Below, piece by piece: positions 38,850-48,769 of a stretch of 64,000 nucleotides of DNA. Both the position numbers and the translations under genes were made by a program. Below the pieces are notes generated by a model. The model saw only the letters and a list, made by a program, of their open reading frames with translations. It had not been told where the DNA came from and searched no databases. This DNA is from an uncultured Acidobacteriaceae bacterium. Its GTDB lineage: Bacteria > Acidobacteriota > Terriglobia > Terriglobales > Acidobacteriaceae. The first letter of the stretch is position 1; the number at the start of each line of letters is the position of its first letter. Location: assembly GCA_963768265.1 (NCBI GenBank), contig CAVYHM010000044.1, positions 212,206 through 276,205 on the forward strand, in the 5' to 3' direction.

Positions 38850-39896
38850 ATGGCTTCTGAGGCCAATGCGCGCGTGCTCTCGGGCTTTCTCGACTACCTT
38901 CGAATCGAGAAGGGGCTGGCGGCGCTTTCGATCGGTGCCTATGCGACCGATATCTGCCAGTTCGCCGAGTTTCTGGAAAAACGGAGGCGGCTGCTGCTGA
39001 CTGGGCGGCGAAGCGACGTCCGCGAGTTTCTGCAGGAATTGTTTTCACATCAGGTGGACGGGCGCAGCGTGGGGCGGAAGCTTTCGGCGATGCGACATCT
39101 TTATCGATATTTGCTGCTGGACAAGAGGATCGAACACGATCCGACGCTGAATATTGAGTCGCCACGGCAATGGAAGGTTTTGCCCAAGGCGTTGGCGCGA
39201 GAGGAGATGGAAACTACGCTGGCGGCTCCTCTTGCGCGAGGCGCCGGCGTGCGTCGACAGACCCCACACTCTGCGGCGCTCGCTGTTCGGGATCGGGCGA
39301 TGCTGGAGGTGTTTTATGCCGGGGCGCTGCGCGTGTCGGAGGTGATCAACGCCAAGCTTGAGGATTTGAAGCTTGAGTCGGGGTACATGCTGGTTCGAGG
39401 AAAGGGTGACAAGGAGCGAGTGGTGCCGTTGGGAAAGTCGGCCCAGGATGCATTGTTGCAATATCTGGCCGAGGCGCGGCCGATTCTGGCTGGGATGAGG
39501 GCGACGAAAAATCCGCAGGTTTCGACTAGCTCTATTGAAAATCACGACGTTTCGACAGCCTCAGGGCGGGCTTTCTCGCGCAAAGAACGAGTGAGAAATG
39601 GGGCACCCGGGAATTCACCTCTGCTGTTTATTGCGCGCGGGGCGCGAAGACTGACGCGACAGAGGGTTTGGCAGATGGTCGGGGCGGCGTCGGTGGCCTC
39701 GGGACGACACGCTTCTCCGCACATGTTGCGGCACTCTTGCGCGACGCACATGGTGGAGAATGGCGCGGATTTGCGGACGGTGCAGACTATCCTCGGCCAT
39801 GCCGACATCTCGACGACGCAGGTGTATACCCATTTGGCGCTGGACCGGTTGCGGACTGTTTATCAGAAGCATCATCCGAGGGCGAAGGCGAGGTAG
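38850..39896 (+). CDS. xerD: Tyrosine recombinase, XerD-like, with a ~40-aa insertion
   Basis: N-terminal SAM-like domain (FLDYLRIEKGLAALSIGAYATDI), RVSEV (Arg), HMLRHSCATH, LGHADISTTQVYTHL (Tyr). The extra block MRATKNPQVSTSS...GAPGN precedes SPLLF. Confidence 0.7.
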   Translation: MASEANARVLSGFLDYLRIEKGLAALSIGAYATDICQFAEFLEKRRRLLLTGRRSDVREFLQELFSHQVDGRSVGRKLSAMRHLYRYLLLDKRIEHDPTLNIESPRQWKVLPKALAREEMETTLAAPLARGAGVRRQTPHSAALAVRDRAMLEVFYAGALRVSEVINAKLEDLKLESGYMLVRGKGDKERVVPLGKSAQDALLQYLAEARPILAGMRATKNPQVSTSSIENHDVSTASGRAFSRKERVRNGAPGNSPLLFIARGARRLTRQRVWQMVGAASVASGRHASPHMLRHSCATHMVENGADLRTVQTILGHADISTTQVYTHLALDRLRTVYQKHHPRAKAR

Positions 39897-39976
39897 GCGA
39901 TTTCGGATTGCAGATTGAAGTCGGCGAATCTCAAATCTGCCATCTCCGATCTTGAATCTGAAATCTGGAATACTTC

Positions 39977-40882
39977 ATGGCAACAGCACGCACGATCATC
40001 GAGAAGGCCGTGGCGGATTTTCTTCGCCATCTGCGCGAGCGGAATGCTTCGCCGCACACGATCAAGGCTTATAGCGGGGATCTCGATGAATTTTCCGCTT
40101 ACGCCGGATCGCGAGGATGGGGCGACATCGATCACATTGCGATCCGTGGATTTCTCTCGCACCTTTATGAGAAAGGCCTCGGTAAGACTTCGGTGGCGCG
40201 GGCGCTGGCGGCGGTGCGATCGCTTTATCGCTGGCTGGCGCAGGAAGGCGTGGTGGAGCAGAATCCGGCGAAGCTGGTGGCCACCCCCAAGCTGCCAAAG
40301 AAGCTGCCGCGGGTGCCGACCATCGAAGAAATGAACTCGGTTCTCGATGGGCAAATGCCGGAGGTGGCCGCATTCCCGGAGCGAGACCTGCTGATGCTGG
40401 AGCTGCTTTATGGCTGCGGTATCCGCAACTCCGAATTGACCGGAATCAACCTCGACGATATCCGGCTGAGCGCGGAGGCAATCCTGATTCGCGGAAAAGG
40501 GAAGAAGGAACGCTACGTTCCGTTTGGCGGTTCGGCGAAAGGCGCGCTGGTCGCGTATGTTCCTGCGCGACAGGCCGCTCTCGCGGAGCTGCACAAGAAC
40601 TCGTCTGCCTTGCTGATCAACCGGCGCGGAGGTCGGCTGACCACCCGGAGTGTGGGTCGGATCATCAAGAGGATCGCGGTGGCAAAAGGGTTGTCCCCGG
40701 ATGTGCATCCACACACGCTGCGGCATGCCTTCGGCACCCATATGCTGGAGGAAGGTGCGGACCTGCGTGCGATCCAGGAGTTGCTGGGCCACGAACGTCT
40801 GGCGACGACGCAGCGCTACACACAGCTTTCCATGAAGCACGTCCTTCAGGTTTACGATCAGACCCATCCGCGAGCGAAATGA
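39977..40882 (+). CDS. xerC: Tyrosine recombinase XerC-like
   Basis: FLRHLRERNASPHTIKAYSGDL, GIRNSEL, HTLRHAFGTH, LGHERLATTQRYTQL. Confidence 0.75.
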   Translation: MATARTIIEKAVADFLRHLRERNASPHTIKAYSGDLDEFSAYAGSRGWGDIDHIAIRGFLSHLYEKGLGKTSVARALAAVRSLYRWLAQEGVVEQNPAKLVATPKLPKKLPRVPTIEEMNSVLDGQMPEVAAFPERDLLMLELLYGCGIRNSELTGINLDDIRLSAEAILIRGKGKKERYVPFGGSAKGALVAYVPARQAALAELHKNSSALLINRRGGRLTTRSVGRIIKRIAVAKGLSPDVHPHTLRHAFGTHMLEEGADLRAIQELLGHERLATTQRYTQLSMKHVLQVYDQTHPRAK

Positions 40883-40974
40883 GCTTGTGCCCGCTGCGAG
40901 TTGCGCAGCGGGAGCTCACCATAACCGATCTCAAATCATAGAAGACGCGAAATGCACGCCTCAAAAAACTGTTC

Positions 40975-41967
40975 CTACGCCATGAACATTTCCGGGTTCG
41001 CTGTCGGTCCGTCCAGATGCCCGACCAGTCGCTTTTCCAGTCCCTCTCGGGAGGGCTTGAGTTGCTGCCTCAGGCGCTCTCTCTCCTGATCGCTAAGCGG
41101 CGAAAAACTCCGCGCCATCTCGACATTGTGGGCCAGCATTTCGGGCTGGGGCATTCCTACGACTGCAGTTGTGACCGGCAGACTCATGGAATACCGGAGC
41201 AGTGAGCTCATCTCTGCCTTTCCCGGACCTTCGCCCACGAGAAATTCTTGACCGGTCACCTTCATGGCGATCACGCCAAGGTTCTTGGCGTTGGCAGCGG
41301 GTAGGGCGAGTTCCTCAAAGCGGCCATTACGGGAAGCGTTGAGAGCCATCTGCACGCAATCAAGGTCGTGTCGCTCGATAGCCCTGGCCATCACCTCTCC
41401 CTTGGTGTGGCTCGTCATGCCGACAAAGCGCGCCATTTTCTGGTCACGCGCTTCCATCAAACCCTTTAGAGCCCCGTCCGGAGCCTCGATTTTTGCCAAA
41501 TCATCGGCTTGGCCCAGGCTGTGGATGTGCACCAGATCCACATGGTCTGTCTTGAGGCGTTTCAGGCTTGCCTCGAGGCGGCGGAGGAATTCGTCGCGGG
41601 ACCGATCGGGAATCTTCGTTGCCAGCCAAACGTCTTTGCGGCGCGAAGCCATCACCTTGCCGACGCGAGTTTCGCTTTCTCCGTCTCCGTACGCGTAAGC
41701 CGTGTCCAGATAAGTGATGCCCAGATCAATCGCGTGATTGAGGATCGCCGTGGCACTGTCTTCATCCTTGTACATGAGGAAGCGGCTGCCGCAGCCGAAA
41801 GCAAGAATCGACACCTTGGCGCCGGTTCGTCCCAGAGTCCGCGAGGGAATAAGATCGGTGCCCGGGCTTGCGCTGGCAACATTCTTCAGTAGCAAGAGGC
41901 TTGTACCGGCCGCAGTTCCCAATCCGATATTCTCAAAAAACTGTCTGCGAGAAATTTCGTTGCTCAT
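40975..41967 (-). CDS. Aldo/keto reductase with a twin-arginine signal peptide
   Basis: MSNEISRRQFFENIGLGTAAGTSLLLL (Tat motif), GITYLDTAYAYG, DLVHIH. GGAGG precedes ATG 41967. Confidence 0.8.
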   Translation of the reverse strand: MSNEISRRQFFENIGLGTAAGTSLLLLKNVASASPGTDLIPSRTLGRTGAKVSILAFGCGSRFLMYKDEDSATAILNHAIDLGITYLDTAYAYGDGESETRVGKVMASRRKDVWLATKIPDRSRDEFLRRLEASLKRLKTDHVDLVHIHSLGQADDLAKIEAPDGALKGLMEARDQKMARFVGMTSHTKGEVMARAIERHDLDCVQMALNASRNGRFEELALPAANAKNLGVIAMKVTGQEFLVGEGPGKAEMSSLLRYSMSLPVTTAVVGMPQPEMLAHNVEMARSFSPLSDQERERLRQQLKPSREGLEKRLVGHLDGPTANPEMFMA

Positions 41968-42235
41968 GCTCCCTCCGGGATGGTCAAGGTGCATCTTATC
42001 GCTTCGTCGAGACTTTTGTTAACTCGACGAGAACGGGCTGAGTGGGCCTGCATCGCAAGTGATTTGCAAGTTGCCATTCCGCGCAACATTCATTTCAACA
42101 ATCTACTTCCGACGTGGGCTCTCTCAGGCCACGCTGCATTCTGAACGGGATGACGTGAATGGAGAACTTCGGAGAATCTGGCAAGAACTTCATCGAAATA
42201 GGCAAGCGCCCCAAGGTCCCGGAAACTATGCTTAG

Positions 42236-43282
<1,047 letters not shown>

Positions 43283-43293
43283 AAGGTAAATAC

Positions 43294-44352
43294 ATGTACA
43301 AAGCGAAAGCATACTCCGCTGCCAGTGCGACCTCGTCGCTCGCCTCCACAACGATCACGCGGCGCGATCCGACCGAACACGATGTCCAGATCGACATTCT
43401 GTATTGCGGCATCTGTCACTCCGATCTTCACCAAGTCCGCAACGAGTGGAGCGGGGTGATGCCCACGGTCTACCCCTGCATTCCCGGCCACGAAATCGTT
43501 GGCCGCGTGGCCAAGGTCGGCTCGGCGGTTTCGAAGTTCAAGCCCGGCGATCTCGCCGCGGTTGGCTGCATGGTCGACTCGGACGGCACCTGCGCCGAGT
43601 GCCGGGCGGGCTTCGAGCAGTTCTGCCCGAATTTCACATTAACTTATAACTTCCCCGACAAGCATCTGGGAGGCGTCACCTATGGCGGATACTCCGACAG
43701 TATCGTCGTCGACCAGAGGTTTGTGCTGCGCGTCCCGTCAAACCTGAACCTTGCCGGCGCGGCTCCTTTACTTTGCGCGGGAATCACGACTTACTCGCCC
43801 ATGCGCCACTGGGGGATCACCAAGGGCAAGAAAGTTGGTGTGGTTGGGCTCGGCGGACTGGGACATATGGGCGTGAAGATTGCGCATGCGCTCGGAGCCC
43901 ACGTGGTTGTCTTCACGACGTCTCCGAACAAGAGAGAAGACGCGCGGCGCCTCGGCGCCGACGAGGTTGTCATTTCGAGGAATACGATCGAGATGCAAAA
44001 GCACGAGGGTAGCTTCGACTTCATTCTCGACGCTGTCTCCGCTGATCACGACATTAGCGCTTTCATCAACCTGCTGCGCCGCGACGGCAACATCACCCTT
44101 GTCGGCGCGCCGGAGAAGCCTCTAGCCGTTTCCGCGTTCGGGCTGATCATGCGTCGCCGCAGCCTTTCCGGGTCGGCAATCGGCGGCATCGCCGAAACCC
44201 AGGAGATGCTCGACTTTTGCGGTCAGCACAACCTCACCGCTGATGTCGAAGTGATCCCAATCCAGAAGGTCAACGAAGCCTACGAGAGACTGCTCAAGTC
44301 CGATGTGAAGTATCGCTTCTCGATCGATATGGCTTCTCTCAAATCGGAGTAG
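43294..44352 (+). CDS. Zinc-dependent NAD(P) alcohol dehydrogenase (cinnamyl-alcohol dehydrogenase/YahK-like)
   Basis: YCGICHSDLH, GHEIVG, C..C..C...FC structural zinc site, GVVGLGGLGHMG Rossmann motif. Confidence 0.9.
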   Translation: MYKAKAYSAASATSSLASTTITRRDPTEHDVQIDILYCGICHSDLHQVRNEWSGVMPTVYPCIPGHEIVGRVAKVGSAVSKFKPGDLAAVGCMVDSDGTCAECRAGFEQFCPNFTLTYNFPDKHLGGVTYGGYSDSIVVDQRFVLRVPSNLNLAGAAPLLCAGITTYSPMRHWGITKGKKVGVVGLGGLGHMGVKIAHALGAHVVVFTTSPNKREDARRLGADEVVISRNTIEMQKHEGSFDFILDAVSADHDISAFINLLRRDGNITLVGAPEKPLAVSAFGLIMRRRSLSGSAIGGIAETQEMLDFCGQHNLTADVEVIPIQKVNEAYERLLKSDVKYRFSIDMASLKSE

Positions 44353-44410
44353 CCTCCGAGGATACCCGGGAACTGACCACGAAGCGGACGCGAGTGACGA
44401 GGAGACGGAC

Positions 44411-44890
44411 ATGAAAAAACTGCTTTCGCGCGCCGTGATGTCTTTGCTTATGGCTATGACTGCAACAACGCTATCCGGTTCCCAGAATCGCGGTGGAGAT
44501 GAGGGCATCCGAGACCGGTTTGTGGGAGCGTGGCGGCTGGCCTGGCTCGAAGAGGAAGGCGCAGACGGAAAAATTCACCGGGCTGACTGCGCCGGCCTAC
44601 TGGTCTACACCCGCGACGGCAACATGTCAGTCCAGGTGATGTATCGGAACCCGCCAGCAGGGACCAACGCCGCGCCGGTGCAATACGCGCAGGGCGGCTA
44701 CGAGGCCTCGTTTGGGACCTATGAGATCGACGAGCGCGCTCACCCCTTTACCTATCACGTTGAGGGCGCACTGGTCTGTACCCTTATCGGCAAAGACCTG
44801 CCGCGCGTGTTCGAGTTCTCGGATAAACAGCTCATCGTAAAGTTGACCCGCCCCGATGAACACTGGAGAGTTGCCTGGGAGCACTACTAG
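44411..44890 (+). CDS. Lipocalin-like domain protein, secreted
   Basis: Signal peptide, FVGAWRLAWLEEEG...GLLVYTRDGNMSVQVMY...GGYEASFGTYEID, typical of the lipocalin-like PF13924 type (from memory). Confidence 0.6.
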   Translation: MKKLLSRAVMSLLMAMTATTLSGSQNRGGDEGIRDRFVGAWRLAWLEEEGADGKIHRADCAGLLVYTRDGNMSVQVMYRNPPAGTNAAPVQYAQGGYEASFGTYEIDERAHPFTYHVEGALVCTLIGKDLPRVFEFSDKQLIVKLTRPDEHWRVAWEHY

Positions 44891-44981
44891 TCTTGTGTCG
44901 CGGTCGAAAGAAAAGGAATGCAAAGCCAAACTCACCGGAAGGAGCAAGGCATGAGCGAAGAGTCTTCCACCAGCCCAGGAG

Positions 44982-45272
44982 ATGATCGGCGACTTCGCGC
45001 CCAAGCTCGTCGATCTAACCGATCGTGTCCTTTTCGGCGACGTTTGGGAGCGTCCTGACCTATCCAAGCGTGACCGAAGTCTCGCAACGGTGGCCGCACT
45101 GGTTGCGATGAACCGTCCCGATCAGTTGCGGTTTCAGCTGAGTTATGCCATGCAGAACGGAGTGAAGAAGGAAGAATTGATTGAGGTCATCACCCATCTG
45201 GCCTTTTATTCAGGCTGGCCCAATGCGATGAGTGCGATCATCATCGCGAAAGATGTGTTCTCGAAGGCTTGA
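44982..45272 (+). CDS. Carboxymuconolactone decarboxylase (CMD/AhpD-like) family protein; the N-terminus is probably displaced by a frameshift
   Basis: VLFGDVWERPDLSKRDRSLATVAAL...HLAFYSGWPNA. A good RBS and ATG at 44951 are in a different frame. Confidence 0.7.
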   Translation: MIGDFAPKLVDLTDRVLFGDVWERPDLSKRDRSLATVAALVAMNRPDQLRFQLSYAMQNGVKKEELIEVITHLAFYSGWPNAMSAIIIAKDVFSKA

Positions 45273-45316
45273 AAGCCGGGAGCTATCGAGCTAAACATTA
45301 GGTAACAGGAGTCCAC

Positions 45317-45679
45317 ATGGCAAAGCGGAACGATGATCTAAAAGACCGCCTTTCCCGCTATCGCGAACTAACCATCAGTGTGACGGGCAGAAAGTCCGGA
45401 CGAAGTATTTCAAACCCTGTCTGGTTCGTTTTGGATGACGACAAGCTGTACCTGCTGCCGGTACGGGGTTCGGATACGCAGTGGTACAAAAACGTACTCA
45501 AGAACCCCACCATGCGGGTCGATGCGCGGGGCGAAGAGGCCGAGGTCAAGGTCATTCCTGTCACTGAGGCCAAACAGGTGTCGTCCGTGGTAGAGAAATT
45601 CCGCGACAAGTACGGGGCTGGCGACGTGAAGAAGTACTATTCAAAGTTCGATGTTGCCGTTGTCGCCTCTATACGCTGA
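45317..45679 (+). CDS. DUF385 / deazaflavin-dependent nitroreductase-like small protein
   Basis: GRKSGRSISNPVWFVLDDDKLYLLPVRGSDTQWYKNVLKNPTMRV resembles the F420H2-dependent quinone reductase family pattern. Confidence 0.55.
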   Translation: MAKRNDDLKDRLSRYRELTISVTGRKSGRSISNPVWFVLDDDKLYLLPVRGSDTQWYKNVLKNPTMRVDARGEEAEVKVIPVTEAKQVSSVVEKFRDKYGAGDVKKYYSKFDVAVVASIR

Positions 45680-45714
45680 TTGTGGGGTTTTGAGAATGAA
45701 TCGCCGCCGTCGCT

Positions 45715-45728
45715 TGCAATCGATTGCA
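45715..45728. promoter_or_regulatory. 14-bp perfect palindrome tgcaatcgattgca upstream of the iorAB-like operon
   Basis: Seen directly in the sequence. It lies 132 nt upstream of ATG 45860. No regulator is assigned. Confidence 0.25.
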
Positions 45729-45859
45729 GAGCGAGCGTATAGGCAAGTTAAGGTTTTCCGCCAAGCCCAAAATAGACTCTTGCGCTGGCGGACTGGGGAT
45801 CGAGGGTTTCCACAAGAGAGTCGTCCGCATCGAAAAAGTGCCTTTGAAGGGAGTTGCCT

Positions 45860-46381
45860 ATGATCACGCTTACTGTGAATGGCGTCCGGCGCGAGGTCCA
45901 GGCGCCTGACGACACGCCACTACTCTACGTGTTGCGCAACGATCTCCAACTGATCGGTCCCCAGTTCGGCTGCGGACTCGCACAGTGCGGAGCTTGTTCG
46001 GTTCTGATCGAAGGCAAGGAAGTGCGGTCCTGCGTTACGCCGGTCGCCAGCGTCGCTAAACAGGAAATCACTACGCTCGAAGGTCTGCCCGCCAGATGGG
46101 CAAGGCAAAAAGGCCTCTCGGTGGAGGAAGCGAAAAAAACGCTTCATCCCGTCCAACAAGCCTGGATCGAAGAGCAAACTCCGCAGTGCGGATTTTGCCA
46201 GAACGGGATGATGATCAAGGCCACCGAATTGCTCGAAAGCAATCCACATCCGACGCTGTCCCAGATCAAGGAGGCCTTCACCACATCGGGACCGTCGCCC
46301 AATCTGTGCCGATGTGGAACTTACGTGGCCATCATTGAAGCCGTACAACATGCCGCAGTAATCATGGCGAAGGGGAGGTAA
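45860..46381 (+). CDS. (2Fe-2S)-binding subunit of a two-subunit molybdoenzyme (isoquinoline 1-oxidoreductase alpha / aldehyde oxidoreductase small subunit type)
   Basis: FGCGLAQCGACSV, QCGFCQNGM, CRCGTY. GAAGGGAG precedes ATG 45860. Confidence 0.85.
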   Translation: MITLTVNGVRREVQAPDDTPLLYVLRNDLQLIGPQFGCGLAQCGACSVLIEGKEVRSCVTPVASVAKQEITTLEGLPARWARQKGLSVEEAKKTLHPVQQAWIEEQTPQCGFCQNGMMIKATELLESNPHPTLSQIKEAFTTSGPSPNLCRCGTYVAIIEAVQHAAVIMAKGR

Positions 46382-46384
46382 GCG

Positions 46385-48739
46385 ATGGCAACCATGAGCG
46401 AAAAACCAGCAAATGTTTTCGGACCGACGCTATCGCGCCGTCATTTCATAAAAGCGGGTGGCGTCCTGGTCGTGAGTTTCAGTTTCGTAGGCCCGGAGCT
46501 TTTAAAGGGCGATACCGCGAAAACTGCGACGATGAAGAACTCGCTCGATCCCACTCTCCTCAGTTCCTGGGTTGAAATTCACCCGGACAACACCGTCCTG
46601 ATTCGTACTGGGAAGAGTGACTTCGGCCAAGGCTCGACCTTCACCGCATACCGGCAAATTGTTGCCGAAGAGTTGAGCGTGCCCTTCGAAGCGATCACCA
46701 CCGTCGTGGCGGGAGATACCGATCGCACGCCGGACGGCAGCGGCGCCTTCGATTTCCTCGGCCATGGAACGCCGAACATCCGCAAGGCGGCCGCCTATAC
46801 CTACCAGGCTCTGCTCGATCTCGCGTCAGAAAAACTCGGCGTCCCGAAGGGCAAGCTTTCCGCGAAGGACGGCATCGTTTCAGGAGGTGGCAAGAGCGTT
46901 TCGTACGGCGATCTCGTAAAGAACCAGCAACTGAAGCTCACCATACCCGTGAAAGGCGACCTCACCAGCATCTTTGGGTTAACCATCGAGGGCAATCCGC
47001 CGATGAAGCCCGTCAGCGAGTACACGGTCATCGGCAAGTCCTTCAAGAATTCCATCATCAGTTCGAAAGTGGCGGCGAAGGAGACTTGGGCGACCGATGT
47101 GCGCCTGCCGGGCATGTTGCACGCGCGGGTGGTGCATCCGAAGACGCTGGGCTCGACTCTCGTCTCTGCTGGTTCACTGGATAAAACCAAGTATCCGAAT
47201 TCGCAAGTCATCGTGAAAGGCAACCTCGTCGGAGTGGTTGCCCCCACGGAGTGGGAAGCGATCCAGGCCGCCGACCAGGTAGCTGGCAGCGCGAAGTGGA
47301 CTGAGTGGAAGGGCCTGCCCGGCAATGCAAAACTTTACCAGCACCTTCGGGAGGAGGCGGATTGGACCTCCGCACCTGTCGAGAAGAGTAAGACCGCCAA
47401 GGGCGATGTCGACCCCGCGCTCGCGTCGGCACACAAGAAGCTTTCTGCCACCTATCAGTTGTCCTACATGAAACACGCGCCGATTGGCCCGACCATGGCC
47501 GTTGCCGATGTCAAGCCTGACGGCACGGTGCACATCTACACGCACAACCAGAATCCACAGGCGCTGCGGGGCGAAATTGCCATGATGCTCGGCACCACGC
47601 TTGATCGTGTCATCGTGCATTCGTATCCCGGACCAGGCCATTACGGCAGGTCGAACGGAGGAAACGCAGGTGCTGAGGACGAGGCGGTTCTCCTGTCACA
47701 AGCCGTCGGCAAGCCGGTGCGCGTGCAGTGGATGCGCGCCGACGACATGCAGTGGTCGACACAAGCGGCAGCTGCTTTTTCCGACGTTCAGATTGCCATC
47801 GACGAAAAAGGCAAGATGGCCGCATATCAAATCGATCACTACATGCCTGCCATGCAGGACGATCGGCCGATCGGTGCTATCCTCGCGGGGCTGCCCACCA
47901 TGGCTGCCCCTCAGGAGCATTCTGATGGCGTAACTTCCACCGTCAACGGCCTTGAAGATCCGTGGGTTTATGCGCCAGTAACGAATGTGATGGAGCGCGG
48001 CCATGGCACATTCCAGGTGGGACAGAAAGCCTCGCCTCTCGCGGTCGGTCTTCGCGACCACAGCATGCGGACGCCAGGGCAGTTCCAGCAGAACTATCCG
48101 CGCGAACTGGCGATGAGCGAGGCAGCTGCGCTCGCGGGCGCAGATGCCCTCCAGTTTCGCATCGACCATGCGAGCGAAGCGCGGGCTATCGGCGTGTTGA
48201 AGGCGGTCCGTGACGCTTCCGGATGGGACACGCGCCCCTCCCCCCGCTCTGATGCCGTATCCACCGGGTCAACGCCGGTGCGAGGTCGTGGAGTCTCTCT
48301 GATGTTGCGCAGTGGAACCTACTGGGCCTGCGTTTGCCAGATCGCCGTAAATCCGAGTACAGGTGCGATCGTGGTTGAGAAGTACACGATCGCGGTCGAT
48401 CCCGGCATTGTCGTGAACCCGATGCAATTAAAACGGAATGTCGAGGGCGGCGCAGTCATGGGAATCAGTCATGCGCTGTTCGAAGAGGTCGCGTTCGACG
48501 AGAGTGGAATCACCACGGATGACTGGATTGCTTATCCCATCCCGACCATGGCGGACATCCCTGAGATCAAAGTTGTGCTGCTCCATAATCCAAAAGTCGG
48601 CGCTTACGGTGGAGGTTCGGAAGCGGCGAATGCGCTCGCTGCGCCGGCCATCGCAGCGGCCTTACACGACGCAACAGGAAAGATGATTCGGCGGCTTCCG
48701 ATGAAATCCGCTTACGTGCAGGCGCTTTTGAAGACGTAA
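46385..48739 (+). CDS. Molybdopterin-dependent oxidoreductase large subunit (IorB-like), Tat-exported
   Basis: Tat-type N-terminus LSRRHFIKAGGVLVVSF. 784 aa with aldehyde-oxidase/XDH-family C-terminal domains. Its RBS is embedded in the end of the upstream gene. Confidence 0.75.
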   Translation: MATMSEKPANVFGPTLSRRHFIKAGGVLVVSFSFVGPELLKGDTAKTATMKNSLDPTLLSSWVEIHPDNTVLIRTGKSDFGQGSTFTAYRQIVAEELSVPFEAITTVVAGDTDRTPDGSGAFDFLGHGTPNIRKAAAYTYQALLDLASEKLGVPKGKLSAKDGIVSGGGKSVSYGDLVKNQQLKLTIPVKGDLTSIFGLTIEGNPPMKPVSEYTVIGKSFKNSIISSKVAAKETWATDVRLPGMLHARVVHPKTLGSTLVSAGSLDKTKYPNSQVIVKGNLVGVVAPTEWEAIQAADQVAGSAKWTEWKGLPGNAKLYQHLREEADWTSAPVEKSKTAKGDVDPALASAHKKLSATYQLSYMKHAPIGPTMAVADVKPDGTVHIYTHNQNPQALRGEIAMMLGTTLDRVIVHSYPGPGHYGRSNGGNAGAEDEAVLLSQAVGKPVRVQWMRADDMQWSTQAAAAFSDVQIAIDEKGKMAAYQIDHYMPAMQDDRPIGAILAGLPTMAAPQEHSDGVTSTVNGLEDPWVYAPVTNVMERGHGTFQVGQKASPLAVGLRDHSMRTPGQFQQNYPRELAMSEAAALAGADALQFRIDHASEARAIGVLKAVRDASGWDTRPSPRSDAVSTGSTPVRGRGVSLMLRSGTYWACVCQIAVNPSTGAIVVEKYTIAVDPGIVVNPMQLKRNVEGGAVMGISHALFEEVAFDESGITTDDWIAYPIPTMADIPEIKVVLLHNPKVGAYGGGSEAANALAAPAIAAALHDATGKMIRRLPMKSAYVQALLKT

Positions 48740-48769
48740 GCGTTTGAGGTCTACCCCGGAACCAAGCGT

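Noticed and set aside
39872-40867. A 331-aa minus-strand ORF. Similar long antisense ORFs occur at 9313..10248, 15544..16593, 24675..25454, 42095..43351, 48887..49648, 57327..58310 and 61710..62387.
   Set aside because: Each lies opposite a gene with clear family motifs (xerC, lepB, carB, the Mo subunit, AKR, AraC, lactonase, GH). All have low-complexity Arg-rich translations, so they are shadow ORFs.
38067-40882. An XRE regulator plus two tyrosine recombinases as the edge of a prophage or integrative element
   Set aside because: There are no phage, conjugation or cargo genes, no flanking tRNA and no direct repeats. Both recombinases have Xer-type N-terminal domains, and the XRE protein has a cupin sensor domain typical of metabolic regulators.
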